Part shown: positions 10,612-24,700 of the stretch, piece after piece
How the letters are laid out: every line of letters begins with the position of its first letter
Position numbering within the stretch: the stretch's first letter is position 1
Assembly (NCBI RefSeq): GCF_006345805.1
Contig: NC_043025.1
Span: 5,828,001 to 5,892,000 of the forward strand
Direction of reading: 5' to 3'
Source of the DNA: Octopus sinensis
Lineage: Eukaryota
DNA length: 64,000 nucleotides
Translations under genes and position numbers: made by a program
Notes under the pieces: model-generated
Seen by the model: only the letters and a program-made list of their open reading frames with translations
Told to the model about the DNA's origin: nothing
The model's database searches: none

Positions 10612-13600
10612 TTGTGTGTCTGTGTTTGTCCCCACAACATTGTTTGACAAATGATGCTGGTGTGTTTATGGCCCTGTAACTTAGTGGTTCAGCAAAAGAG
10701 ACCGATAGAATAAGTACTAGGCTTACAAAGAATAAGTCCTGGGGCCGATTTGCTCAACTAAAGGCATTGCTCCAGCATGGCTGCAGTCAAATGACTGAAA
10801 TAAAAGGTAGTGATACAGACAACCCAATAATAAAAATAACTGTATAGTGATTCCAAAATATGCTCACCATTTTCTGCTATCACTCGGGGACGGGTTACCT
10901 CAGGTCTTGTTGGTGTTGGTCTTCGGGTGCGAGGGTCGGTAACAGTTGGAGTCCTGTAATTCCGACAAGCTTTCAAGCAGGCCCTTTCATCGTCGAATCT
11001 GTTCGTATTTCCTCCACAACCACCGTACCAAAATTGTTTGCATCTTCTAGTTTCTGTGTCATAGGCCCACTTTTGTGTGTAGTCAGAACAGGTGCCACGA
11101 GCTGGTTCTGCAGAGCAGTGTACTGGAAACAGGGAACAGAGAAAAGAAAAGAAAAAAAACAAAACAAATGAGAGGCATAGATATTAGATTCACATAAGAT
11201 TTCAAATTTAAAAAAACCTTTAAAAAGATCAAAATAATGGCTACAGAATAACAAGTGAAAGAGTAAATCGACCCTGGGACTTATTCTTTGTAAGCCCAGT
11301 ACTTATTCTATCGGTCTCTTTTGCCGAACCGCTAAGTAACAGAGACGTAAGCACACCAGCATCGGTTGTCAAGCAATGCTAGTGGGGCAAACACACACAC
11401 ACATATATATATACATATATACAATAAAGGGTGGAATATAATTAATTCAATAAAATTAATCAATTTCACCTAGTAGATTTATCGGTATGGAAAAGACCAT
11501 ATTTGGTAAGGGTTATATACATATATACATATACATATATACGACAGGCTTCTTTCAGTTTCCATCTACCAAATCCACTCACAAGGCATTGGTCGGCCTG
11601 GGGCTATCGCAGAAGACACTTGCCCAAGATGCCACGCAGTGGGACTGAACCCGGAACCATGTGGTTGGTTAGCAAGCTACTTACCACACAGCCACTCGTG
11701 TGCCTATTTATATATATATATATATACATATATACGACAGGCTTCTTTCAGTTTCCGTCTACCAAATCCACTCACAAGGCATTGGTCGGCCCGGGGCTAT
11801 AGCAGAAGACACTTGCCCAAGATGCCATGCAGTGGGACTGAACCCGGAACCATGTGGTTGGTTAGCAAGCTACTTACCACACAACCACTCCTGTGCCTAT
11901 TTATATATATATATATATATGATGGGCTTCTTTCAGTTTCCGTCTACCAAATCCACTCACAAGGCATTGGTCGGCCTGGGGCTATCGCAGAAGACACTTG
12001 CCCAAGATGCCATGCAGTGGGACTGAACCCGGAACCATGTGGTTGGTTAGCAAGCTACTTACCACACAGCCACTTGTGTGCCTATTTATATATATATATA
12101 TATACATATATACGACAGGCTTCTTTCAGTTTCCGTCTACCAAATCCACTCACAAGGCATTGGTCGGCCCGGGGCTATAGCAGAAGACACTTGTCCAAGA
12201 TGCCACGCAGTGGGACTGAACCCGGAACCATGTGGTTGGTTAGCAAGCTACTTACCACACAGCCACTCGTGTGCCTATTTATATATATATATATATATAC
12301 ATATATACGACAGGCTTCTTTCAGTTTCCATCTACCAAATCCACTCACAAGGCATTGGTCGGCCCGGGGCTATAGCAGAAGACACTTGCCCAAGATGCCA
12401 TGCAGTGGGACTGAACCCGGAACCATGTGGTTGGTTAGCAAGCTACTTACCACACAGCCACTCGTGTGCCTATTTATATATATATACATATACATATATA
12501 CGACAGGCTTCTTTCAGTTTCCATCTACCAAATCCACTCACAAGGCATTGGTCGGCTCGGGGCTATAGCAGAAGACACTTGCCCAAGATGCCATGCAGTG
12601 GGACTGAACCCGGAACCATGTGGTTGGTTAGCAAGCTACTTACCACACAGCCACTCCTGCACCTATGGCTATTAGAATAACAAGTGAAAGAATAACAGTC
12701 TCGCTCACATTCTTTCAAAGTATTACCAAAAATGTTCTCACCATTTGCAACTGTGACTGGGGGCCTGGGTGTTGGCCTAGTGTGAGGGTGAGTTCTCCTG
12801 CTATGATCACGGCAGGCTCTCAGGCAATCCCCATCGCTATCGAACCTGTTCTCGTTTCCTCCACAACCACCATACCAGAACTGTTTGCACCTTCTAGTCT
12901 CAGGGTCGTAGCCCCACTTCTGGGTGTAGTCAGAACAGGAACCGCGGTCGTGTTCTAAGGAACAGTGATCTGCAAAAAAAAAAGAACAGGGGAACAGATG
13001 TAGAGATGAATTAGAATTCAGGGGCAGTAGCTTAAGGTAAGCTCCCTATTTTACTATTTGAATATGTAGTAGTAGTAGAAGTACTGGGTACTTTTCATGT
13101 GAAACCCGCACATATGAGCCCACAATATATATATGTATGTATGTATGTATATATATATATGTGTATATATATAAATAAAGATAAGATTGATATTTAAATA
13201 TCGATCTTATCAAGTGGCCAGCATGGGAATAAAAACCTTACAAAGGTAATAATTATTTAAAATTATAATTTAGGGTATCTGAGAGATACCATCACGCTGA
13301 AATAGCAGTCAAAACCTGACCCTAGAGCCACATTAAAGGTTCATATAACACTAAGAGAGTAGACAGAGAGGCAAAATAAACTAGCAAAGTAAAATACATA
13401 TATATATATCACATCACATGATCACATGACCGACCAGACCATCAGATGTTGCTACACATCGCTGGTCACAATGCGTTCGCATTGTTTTAGCCTTCGAATG
13501 ACGCCACCCCGCTGGCTAAGCGAGCAGGCCAACAGAAGAAAGAGTGGTGAAAGAGTACAGCAGGCATCACCACCCCCTGCCGGAGCCTCGTGGAGCTTTA

Positions 13601-13708
13601 AGGTGTTTTCGCTCAATAAACACTCACAACGCCCGGTCTGGGAATCGAAACCGCGATCCTACGACCACGAGTTCGCTGCCCTAACCACGAGGCCATTGCG
13701 CCTCCACA

Positions 13709-13740
<32 letters not shown>

Positions 13741-14059
13741 CATATATATGTATATATCACGTGATCACGTGACCAACCAGGCTATCAGATTTTGCAACAC
13801 ATCGCTGGTCACAATGCGTTCGCATTGTTTTAGCCTCCGAATGATGCCACCCCGCTGGCTAAGCGAGCAGGCCAACAGAAGAAAGAGTGGGAGAAAGAAT
13901 GGTGAAAGAGTACAGCAGGGATCACCACCCCCTGCCGGAGCCTCGTGGAGCTTTTAGGTGTTTTCGCTCAATAAACACTCACAACGCCCGGTCTAGGAAT
14001 CGAAACCCCGATCCTACGACCGCGAGTTCGCTGCCCTAACCACTAGGTCATTGCGCCTC

Positions 14060-14113
<54 letters not shown>

Positions 14114-15424
14114 TATGTATATATACAACTTATAAACAAGGGCTAAAGAAAATTATTTCTATGCCAATATGCTGATAACAGACTTTTAAATCGTCAATTA
14201 CCACATATTATTTACTCACTACAGAAAGCACGTAGAGTTGAAATCGAGGAAAGCTGGCCAAAAGAATTTTTTAAAATGTTCGTTATTTCTATATTGAATC
14301 AATTTCGGAATTAATCTCATAATAGATTTTTTTCCTCTTCAGTAGAAAATACGAAAAGGCATAAATGAAATGGCCAGCTTTCCTCGATTTCAGCTCTACG
14401 TGTTTTCTGTAGCGAGTAAATAATATGTGGAAATTGAAGATTTAAAAGTCTGTTATAAGCATATTGGCATAGAAATTTGTATTAAAAAAAAAGTACAAGG
14501 GCTGATTTGTTTGACAAAAAGCTTTCAGTTCAGTGCTCCAGCATGGCAGTAGTCTAATAACAAAAACAAATAAAAAACAAAATTATAAAAGGTATGTATA
14601 TGTTACCTGCTGCAGTTGTTCCTGCGGAACAGCCAGCGTAGTTTGGGCCTTCAGCTGTGGTCACGCCATCGGGGCAACATCCATAGTCAGTATTTTGACA
14701 ACCAGGGCAGCCAGCATAGTTGGGACCCCGCGCGTAACTTACACGGTCAGGACAGCAGCCGTAAGAACTGTCAACACAACTGGTTGGGGTGGAACATCCA
14801 GCATGGCCTGGTCCTTGGGCAGCAGTCCTGCGATCTGGGCAACACCCATAGAGAGTCTCCCAGCAAGATACCTACATGTTTGATGAGGGCAGGAAAGAAA
14901 GAGAGAGAGAGAGAGAGAGAGGAGATGAAAACAGCTGTGATTATAATTATTACAAAATAGAGAGAGAGAGGAATAAATAGATGAATGGGTGGATTGATGG
15001 ATAGAGAGACAGACACACAAGTAGATAGATAGATATAGAAATAGATAGATAGATAGATAGATATATAGATAGACAGAGAGACAGATAGATAGACAGAGAG
15101 ACAGATAGATAGACAGAGAGGCAGATAGATAGACAGAGAGGCAGATAGATAGACAGAGAGGCAGATAGATAGACAGATAGATAGACAGACATGTAGATAG
15201 ATAGATAGATAGATAGGTAGGTAGGTAGATAGATAGATAGACAGACAGACAGATAGACAGACAGATAGATAATAGATAGATAGATAGATAGATATATAGA
15301 TAGATATATAGATAGATAGATAGACAGATAGATAGACAGAGAGACAGATAGATAGACAGATAGGCAGATAGATAGACAGATAGATAGACAGACGTGTAGA
15401 TAGATAGATAGATAGGTAGGTAGG

Positions 15425-15460
<36 letters not shown>

Positions 15461-15479
15461 TAGACAGACAGATAGATAA

Positions 15480-15523
<44 letters not shown>

Positions 15524-18500
15524 GTAGGTAGGTAGGTAGGTAGGTAGATAGATAGGTAGATAGATAGATAGATTGGTGAAAACGAAAATCCGGTGAGCAT
15601 GCATTACACAGCTGTACTCTAGGCATAACAATTGGGAACTGATGTGGTTTACTAGTGTGAAAAGATTCACATGAACTGGAAGGATGGTGTCATCTCTTGC
15701 CCAAATGATTTTGCTTATGTGGCATCTATAATAATAAAAGCAAAATTCTGCCTGTCTGGCTGGGAACCCTGTATCACAGCCTACATTTTCTCTACCTAGA
15801 CACATTATACCTTTTTGGAATTAGGATGAACCTGGGATTGAAAATCTGCCCTTCATTTGGTTCTTGAACATCCAGCATTGAAATCTGATTGAAAAGCATT
15901 TGGGTTGCTATTTCTAGCAGGTAAGCATGGCAGATTCATGCCACCTTGGTGGGGTTTGTCAGATGATGTCAGAGATCAAGAGAGAGATAAATGACATTCA
16001 CTTCGTTAATTTTACATCCAGATAAGACCTTTGGGACAAATTGGCCAACAGTTGGAATTCAATCTGGGACTGGAACAATATAAATATTACAGAATTAATT
16101 CTCATCTGTCCTTAACCCCTGATCCAACACCACAGGGGCCTATAGTCATTAGGGACATATCAAAGTCATGCTATTTAGCTCTCTTTAGTTTGGGGTCACA
16201 GGCCCAATTAGCCCTCCACATAGTGTAGCTTTTAAGCTAGTTGGATACTTTTTGAATTCACATCTTTATATATAAAACTGAAGTTGTGTGAGAGTCTGTC
16301 TCCTCCGATTTAGATTCCTAACCACTCCCACATTTTGCGGTGCAGTTTAACCAAAAGCGGGTATCTTATAGTCATGATTCATATCGAGCCCTTCTGGGTA
16401 TTAGCGCGCGTCTACGATGAGTCTACGATTTTAATTTTTCGCATTTTTAATGCATTTTTTGCTCAGTTTATATAAGGGAAGTAACTCTCTAAAAATGCTT
16501 ATATAGTTATTTCCTTTACAAACCCGAGCAACGCCGGGCGATACTGCTAGTTGTATATACACACACTTACACAAATGGAATAGCAGTAAGGATCACAAAT
16601 CTGGGACATTGCAATCCCATCACACACACACACAGATGGGACTGTGACATGAAGCAGTACAAACCTCTGGTCTTGGGTTCCTCTCACAGGGCTGTTCGTT
16701 ACATTTCTTCGTCAGGCGACGGGCTGCTCCCTCCCTCTCTATGCACAGGTTATCTCCAACCTGCCTCTCACTGCTTCCTGACATCTCCATACACTTCATG
16801 ATAGAGGACATCTGACCCCCATCACAGGTTTCGCTACATTCTGTCCATCCAGTTTCAACCCAGCGACTGAACACAGCATAAAGGGAAAAGAAAGACTTGA
16901 GTAGTAATAATAATAATAATAATCATCATCATCATCATCATCATATTCATCACCATCATCACCATCACTATCATCATCACCATCATCATCATCATTGCCA
17001 TCATCACCATCATCACCATCACCATCATCATCACCATCATCATCATCATCATTGCCATCATCACCATCATCACCATCATCATCATTGCCATCACCATCAC
17101 CATCATCATCATTGCCATCACCATCACCATCACCACCATCATCATCATCATCAGCAGCAGCATATTCATCAATATCATCGTCATTATTATAATTATGATA
17201 ATTATTATTACTTATTTCATTACTACCCACAAGGGGCTACACACAGCAGGGACAAACAAGGACAGACATATGGATTAAGGTGCCACACAATGGGACTGAA
17301 CCCAGAACCGTGTGGTTGGTAAGCAAGTGTCTTACCACACAGCCACTCCTACGCCTATATATATATATGTATATGTGGAGGCGCAATGGCCCAGTGGTTA
17401 GGGCAGCGGACTCACGGTCGCAGGATCGTGGTTTCAATTCCCAGACCGGGCGTTGTGAGTGTTTATAGAGCGAAAACACCTAAAAGCTCCACGAGGCTCC
17501 GGCAGAGGGTGGTGATCCCTGTTGTACTCCTTCACCACTCTTTCTCTCACTCTTTCTGCTGTTGGCCTGCTCGCTTAGCCAGCGGGGTGGCGTCATTCGA
17601 AGGCTAAAACAATGCAAATGCATTGTGACCAGCGATGTGTAACAACATTTGATGGTCTGGTCGGTCACGTGATGATCACGTGATATATATATATATAGAC
17701 ACACAGAATAGGCTTCTTTTAGTTTCTGTTTACCAAATCTACTTTCAAGGGTTTGGTCAGTCCAAGGCTATTGTAGAAGACACTTGCCTAAGGTGCCACA
17801 CAGTGAGACTGAACCCAGAACCTTGTGGTTGGTAAGCAAGCGTCTTACCACACAGCCACTCCTGTGCCTATATATACATATACTCATAAAATACATACAC
17901 ACATAAATTTATAGTAGTGGTTACCAAAGCGGGCAGTACCCCCCTGCTGGGGGTAGTGGAAAGATCTAGGGAGGGGCATTGAAGAAAAGTGGGGCAACAA
18001 TGGGATGGCCAAAAAGGGGAGATGCATGTTTTAATAATGGGTTACTCTCTCTTTACCCTTTTACTTGTTTCAGTCATTTGACTGTGGCCATGCTGGAGCA
18101 CCGCCTTTAATCGAGCAACTCGACCCCGGGACTTATTTTTTGTAAGCCCAGTACTTATTCTATCGGTCTCTTTTTGCCGAACCGCTAAGTGACGGGGACA
18201 TAAACACACCAGCATCGGTTGTCAAGCAATGCTAGGGGGACAAACACACACACACATACATATATATACATATATATGACGGGCTTCTTTCAGTTTCCGT
18301 CTACCAAATCCACTCACAAGGCTTTGGTCAGCCCGAGGCTATAGTAGAAGACACTTGCCCAAGGTGCCATGCAGTGGGACTGAACCTGGAACCATGTAGT
18401 TGGTAAGCAAGCTACTTACCACATAGCCACTCCTGCACCTAATTAAATTAAGTTTTATTTGTGAAATACAGTTGTTTTGAATTTGTGACAGAAAGCGGCC

Positions 18501-21246
18501 TATGTTTGTGGTGGTGAGTTGGAGGTAGGGCTGGGGTGGGGGGCTAGAAATGTGGCCCGAGTGCCAAGGATGGAGGGCGGCACACGAAAGTTTGGAAACC
18601 ACTGCTCTAAATAATAAAATAATGAAATGAAGCAGGTTATATTAAGTTTGAGGGTATACTTCGAATAAACAGGATGGCTATGGTTGGAACGCCTTTGATC
18701 AAATCTGCTTGATGAGCACTTCTGAGATATGGCAAAACTCTTAGAGGTGGTGGTGGTGGTGATGGTGGGGAGGGATGCTAGGAATGTGATCTTGGATGCC
18801 AAGGAGGGCAGCAGTCCCTAAAATGTTTGGGAACGACTGATCTATAGTGATGGTCACAGCCAAACACGTGTGCATGAAGAGAAGGGGACAGCGTGAGCAA
18901 CAAATGGTAGTGCTGGTGGCGGTGGTGTTGGTGGCGGTGGTGGCGGTGGTGTTGGTGGCGGTGGTGTTGGTGGTGGTGATGGATGTGGTGGTGGTGGCGG
19001 TGGTGTTGGTGGTGGTTGTGGTTGTGGTGATGGCAGTGGTGTCGGTGTTGGTGTTGGTGATGGTTGTGGTAGTGGTGGTGGTGGTGTTGGTGGTGGTGGT
19101 ATTGGTGGTGGTTGTGGTAGTGGTGGTGGTGATGGCAGTGGTGTTGGTGTTGGTGATGGTTGTGGTAGTGGTCGTGGTGGCGGTGGTGTTGGTGGTGGTG
19201 GCGGTGGTGTTGATGGTGGTTGTGGTTGTGGTGGTGTTGGTGGTGGTGGTGTTGGTGGTGATGGTTGTGGTAGTGGTGGTGGTGATGGTGGGGAGGGATG
19301 CTAGGAATGTGATCTTGGATGCCAAGGAGGGCAGCAGTCCCTAAAATGTTTGGGAACGACTGATCTATAGTGATGGTCACAAACAAGAGAAAGGTGACAG
19401 CGTGATCAGCAACTGGTGATAGTGATGTTGGTGATGGTAGTGGTGGTGGTGGAAGATGTAAACGAAGCTAAGAATAATTAGCACAGGTGCCAGGTGTCAG
19501 TGTTACTTACATTTTAATATTGCAGCTCACTCGACACGACTTGGTGGACGCAGGTCTGCTGGCACGATCACATCTTTCTGGGACATTTTTCCTCTTGTAC
19601 ACATCATAACACATCACCACACGCCTCTGGACACCTGCAACGAAAGCAATAATAACCAGAGATGATTTTTTTGAAATGAGAATATCTGAAATAAACTCGA
19701 TTGCTCTCACAAACGAGAACAGTAAAAATGAACCTGACTGCTTTCAGAAATTATGTAGAAAAACAGGAAAAATAATCCAGAATCCTTGTCTGGTACTGGA
19801 TCGATCCAAAAATTTAATCAGTTTGTGTCAGTCGTGAGGTCAAACATCCCTGAAAGTTTCATCTGAATCCATCCAGTGGTTCTTGAGATATTTTGTCTAA
19901 GGACAAACAAACACGACTGAAAACAATACCTCTGTCTTCTCACTAAGGCAGAGGTAATAATAATAATAATAATAATAATAAAATAATAATAATAATAATA
20001 ATAATAATGCACTCAGAGAGCACAAACCTCTGTCTAGGCAACACTAACGTCCTCTCAATGATTAGCCAGAGATGATATTTAAAATGAGAATATCTGAAAT
20101 AAACTCAACTGCTCTCACAAATGAGAATACTAAAAATGAACCTGACCACTCTCAAAGATTACATAAAAAGACAGGAAAAATAATCCAGAATCCTTATCTG
20201 GAACTGGATCGATCCCAGACTCTAATCAGTTTGTGTCAGTCATGAGGCCAAACATCCCTGAAAGTTTCATCTGAATCCATCCAGTGGTTCCTTGAGATAT
20301 CTTGTCCATGGACAAACAAACAAAGAAACACATATGACTGAAAACAATACCTCTGCCTTCTCACTAAGTTGGGGGTAACAAGAGTACTTAGAGGATGCAA
20401 ACCTCCACCAAGTCAACACCAATGTCCTCTCAATGATTAGTCAGAGATGATCTTTAAAATGAGAATATCTAAAATAAACTCGACTGCTCTCACACACGAG
20501 AATGCTAAAACTGAACCTGACTCTCTTTACTCTTTACTCTTTTACTTGTTTCAGTCATTTGACTGCGGCCATGCTGGAGCACCGCCTTTAATCGAGCAAC
20601 TCGACCTTAGGACTTATTCTTTTGTGAGCCCAGTACTTATTCTATCGGTCAGAAATTAAGTAAAAAAAAACAGGAAAAATAATACAGAATCCTTGTCCGG
20701 TATCAGATCCTTACCTGCTCCACAGGAAACTGAGCATTCTGTCCATCCACCGACATTCCATTCGTACTGCCTTAATCCTTGCACATCGTCTGTCACAGTT
20801 AGATTCGGGTCAATGGGGACAAAAGCGAACTTCCTGTTGGTCACCTTGTGATCATCATCATCATCATCATCATCATCGGCATTGACAGGAAAATCGCCGT
20901 CAATGTTATCGTCATCACTGCCGTCGTCGTCAACACCGTCGGCGCTGCCACGCGCGGCTTCTTTCGCAGTCAACTGCATCAGAGGTTCTTGGTCACGTGG
21001 TGGATTGACGGCCAGCTCGGGTTTGCGGTGACGCAGTCTGATGCGGGAAGCGCCCATTTCGCTGCTGATGTACACACTCTGGCTGTCGTTGCTTTGCTTC
21101 AATGTGCTGCTGAGTTGTTTCAATGGTGGCGCAGGTTCAAGGTGCCGCAGAAGCACGGTGCTAGTTTCACCCTCTTTCTGAATTGAGTATTCGTACTCAA
21201 TATCTGCTGTCTTCTCCTTCACGACAAGCTGGTAGGGTAAAAAGAA

Positions 21247-21294
<48 letters not shown>

Positions 21295-21352
21295 TATAAC
21301 AATAATGATGATGAAAATAATAATGATAATAATGATAATAATAATGATGATG

Positions 21353-21392
<40 letters not shown>

Positions 21393-21405
21393 TTATAACA
21401 ATAAT

Positions 21406-21443
<38 letters not shown>

Positions 21444-21456
21444 TTATAACAATAAT

Positions 21457-21494
<38 letters not shown>

Positions 21495-21551
21495 TTATAA
21501 CAAAATATAATAATAATAATAATAATAATAACAATAATGATGATGAAAATA

Positions 21552-21582
<31 letters not shown>

Positions 21583-21656
21583 TAATAATGATAATAATAA
21601 TTATAATAATAATAATAATAATAATAATAATTATAACAATAATGATGATGAAAATA

Positions 21657-21687
<31 letters not shown>

Positions 21688-21695
21688 TAATGATG

Positions 21696-21782
<87 letters not shown>

Positions 21783-24700
21783 GTAGGGTTGTCGCTGATC
21801 GGAAGAGGTGACCATCTGGAAGGGATATTCTCATCGCTCCTTTCTGACAACGGGTAGCCCCATGCTCACTGGTGTGAAGCCCTGATGCAGTACCAGGCAG
21901 TGGCTCTCATGGCTTCTGATCTTAACTGATTGGAAGTGTTATCATTTACATTGTTTTGTCTTGGTATAAAAGATGGGCTACAGCAAATATTCTGCTCAAT
22001 ACCACAGATTTGCTAATGCCCTGATGCAGTACCAGGCAGTGGCTCTCGTGGCTTCTGATCTTAACTGATTGGAAGTGTTATCATTTACATTGTTTTGTCT
22101 TGGTATAAAAGATGAGCTACAGGCAAATATTCTGCTCAATACCACAGTTTGCATGCCCTGATGCAGTACCAGGCAGTGGCTCTCGTGGCTTCTGATCTTA
22201 CTGATTGGAAGTGTTATCATGTACATTGTTTTGTCTTGGTATAAAAGATGGCCTACAGCAAATTTCTGCTCATACCACAGATTTGCTAATGCCAGCAGTA
22301 CCAGGCAGTGGCTCTCGTGGCTTCTGATCTTAACTGATTGGAAATGTTATCATGTACATTGTTTTGTCTTGGTATAAAAGATGGCCTACAGCAAATATTC
22401 TGCTCAATACCACAGATTTGCTAATGCCCTGATGCAGTACCAGGCAGTGGCTCTCATGGCTTCTGATCTTAACTGACTGGAAGTGTTATCATGTACATTG
22501 TTTTGTCTTGGTATAAAAGAGGGGCTACAGAAAATATTCTGCTCAATACCACAGATTTGCTAATGCCCTGATGCAGTACCAGGCAGTGGCTCTCATGGCT
22601 TCTGATCTTAACTGATTGGAAGTGTTATCATGTATATTGTTTTGTCTTGGTATAAAAGAGGGGCTACAGAAAATATTCTGCTCAATACCACAGATTTGCT
22701 AATGCCCTGATGCAGTACCAGGCAGTGGCTCTCATGGCTTCTGATCTTAACTGACTGGAAGTGTTATCATGTACATTGTTTTGTCTTGGTATAAAAGAGG
22801 GGCTACAGAAAATATTCTGCTCAATACCACAGATTTGCTTGTCAATTGTTTGACCATAACCAGTTGAGCATGTCCCTTAGTGGCTGATGATATGTGCATC
22901 TCTGATCATGAGCAGAAGTAGTTGGGGAGCATCATAGCCATTTGTTGAGAAGGATTCTTTGGGGCTTGAATAATTCACCTCTGGAAACATGGGAGGTACT
23001 TTCAACATCCTTAAACAACCCTTAATCAGGGACCTTTTGAGTAAGATGAGTTACTCGACCAGGAGAAAATTCTAACTGCCCACCACCCACTGTAAGGTCA
23101 TGTGCTGTTTACCTTGATATGAGATCATCATGTCGCGCACATATGGTTGTGATGCATGTGCCTAGTGTACCCTTATCAGATGGTTAGTCATGATGGGTAT
23201 ACTGGGCTTCGTATATTTTACCCCAGTGTCACTTAGATGGCATGCACTGCTCTCTCACTCAATAATAAAAATAATAATAATGATAATAATAATAATAATA
23301 ATAACGATAATAATAATAATAATAATAATAAAGAAAGGATTATTCATCATCATCATCAACATCATCGTTTAACGTTTGTTTTCCATTATTTACATTATTT
23401 AGTTTTCGTTTTTGGATTTGGTTTGCAAGATTCTTTATATGAGTTTGCGTGTTGAAGCATATTCTGTTGTGTCTGGGGAGAGTCATTTTCTTTTTGCACC
23501 TCATGATTTAACACACTCACCGGTAAAATTTCCACTTATTTCTTATTTTTATTCTATTTTAAGAATAAGTGGAAATTTTACTGCTGAGTGTGTTAAATCA
23601 TAACAAATGAAAGAAAAGGGCACTTTTCAGAAGTCTAGAGGAGTTGGGTTCTCATTAGGGGCCTGTGAAACTTGAAGTAGCATGGAACTGAACCAAACTG
23701 TTTTAAATAATAATAATAATAATGTCTGTGTGTGTGTGTGTATGTGTGTTTGTGTGTGTGTATGTGTGTTTGCGTGTATGTGTGTGTGTGTATGTGTGTT
23801 TGTGTGTGTGTGTGTGTGTGCTTGTGTGTATGTATGTGTGTTTGTGTGTGTGTGTGTGTGTACTAATTATGGTCAAAACACAACAAAAATCCTAAGATGT
23901 TAAGAACCAGAATGGAATTGGACCCAGTGCAACAGACAGCAACAATGTTATGAAGATCAATACAGTGCCACTACTTACCACTAGAATGAGGTTTGTACTT
24001 ATAGGACCTACAGCAGAAAGCTGTTGGGTTTTACCATCATTGATGTAGTAGAATGTGGTGCCATATCTGTGGAATTTGGAGTAATTCACCAGTTTCCATT
24101 TACCATTGAGAAGGAACTTTCCACGGTTAGTTCTGAGAGCTGTAAAATAGTAAAAATGGTAATGTGGTTAGTGTATATATGGAAGCACTCCGTCGGTTAC
24201 GACTATGAGGGTTCCAGTTGATCCGAATCAACGGAACAGCCTGCTCGTGAAATTAACGTGTAAGTGGCTGAGCACTCCACAGACACGTGTACCCATAACG
24301 TAGTTCTCGGGGGATATTCAGCGTGACACAGAGAGTGACAAGGCCGGCCCTTTGAAATACAGGTACAACAGAAACAGGAAGTAAGAGTGAGAGAAAGTTG
24401 TGGTGAAAGAGTACAGTAGGGATCACCACCATCCCCTGCCGGAGCCTCGTGGAGCTTTAGGTGTTTTCGCTCAATAAACACTCACAACGCTCGGTCTGGG
24501 AATCGAAACCGCGATCCTATGACCGCGAGTCTGCTGCCCTAACCACTGGGCCATTGCACCTCCACAGTATATATATAGTGTATATATAGATGTGTGTGTA
24601 TGTAAAAAGCACCATCTGAACAAACATGGTCGATGCCAGCACCCTCTGTCTGGCTCCTGTGCCAGTGGCATGCAAAAAGCACCCAATACACTCTCGGAGT

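Noticed and set aside
11520-12662. CRISPR-like or tRNA-gene array
   Set aside because: Units are SINE heads separated by (TA)n, not unique spacers; no cas genes and no complete cloverleaf; eukaryotic intron context.
13180-13211. 32-bp near-perfect palindrome GATAAGATTGATATTTAAATATCGATCTTATC
   Set aside because: Short, AT-rich and apparently inside a repeat fragment; no independent sign of function.
14739-15805. Long ORFs of 216-344 aa
   Set aside because: Translations of the (GATA)n microsatellite; the real exon 12 is in a different frame at 14607-14871.
16796-19386. Poly-His, poly-Asp, poly-Thr and poly-Val ORFs
   Set aside because: Trinucleotide microsatellites open in several frames on both strands, with no splice support.
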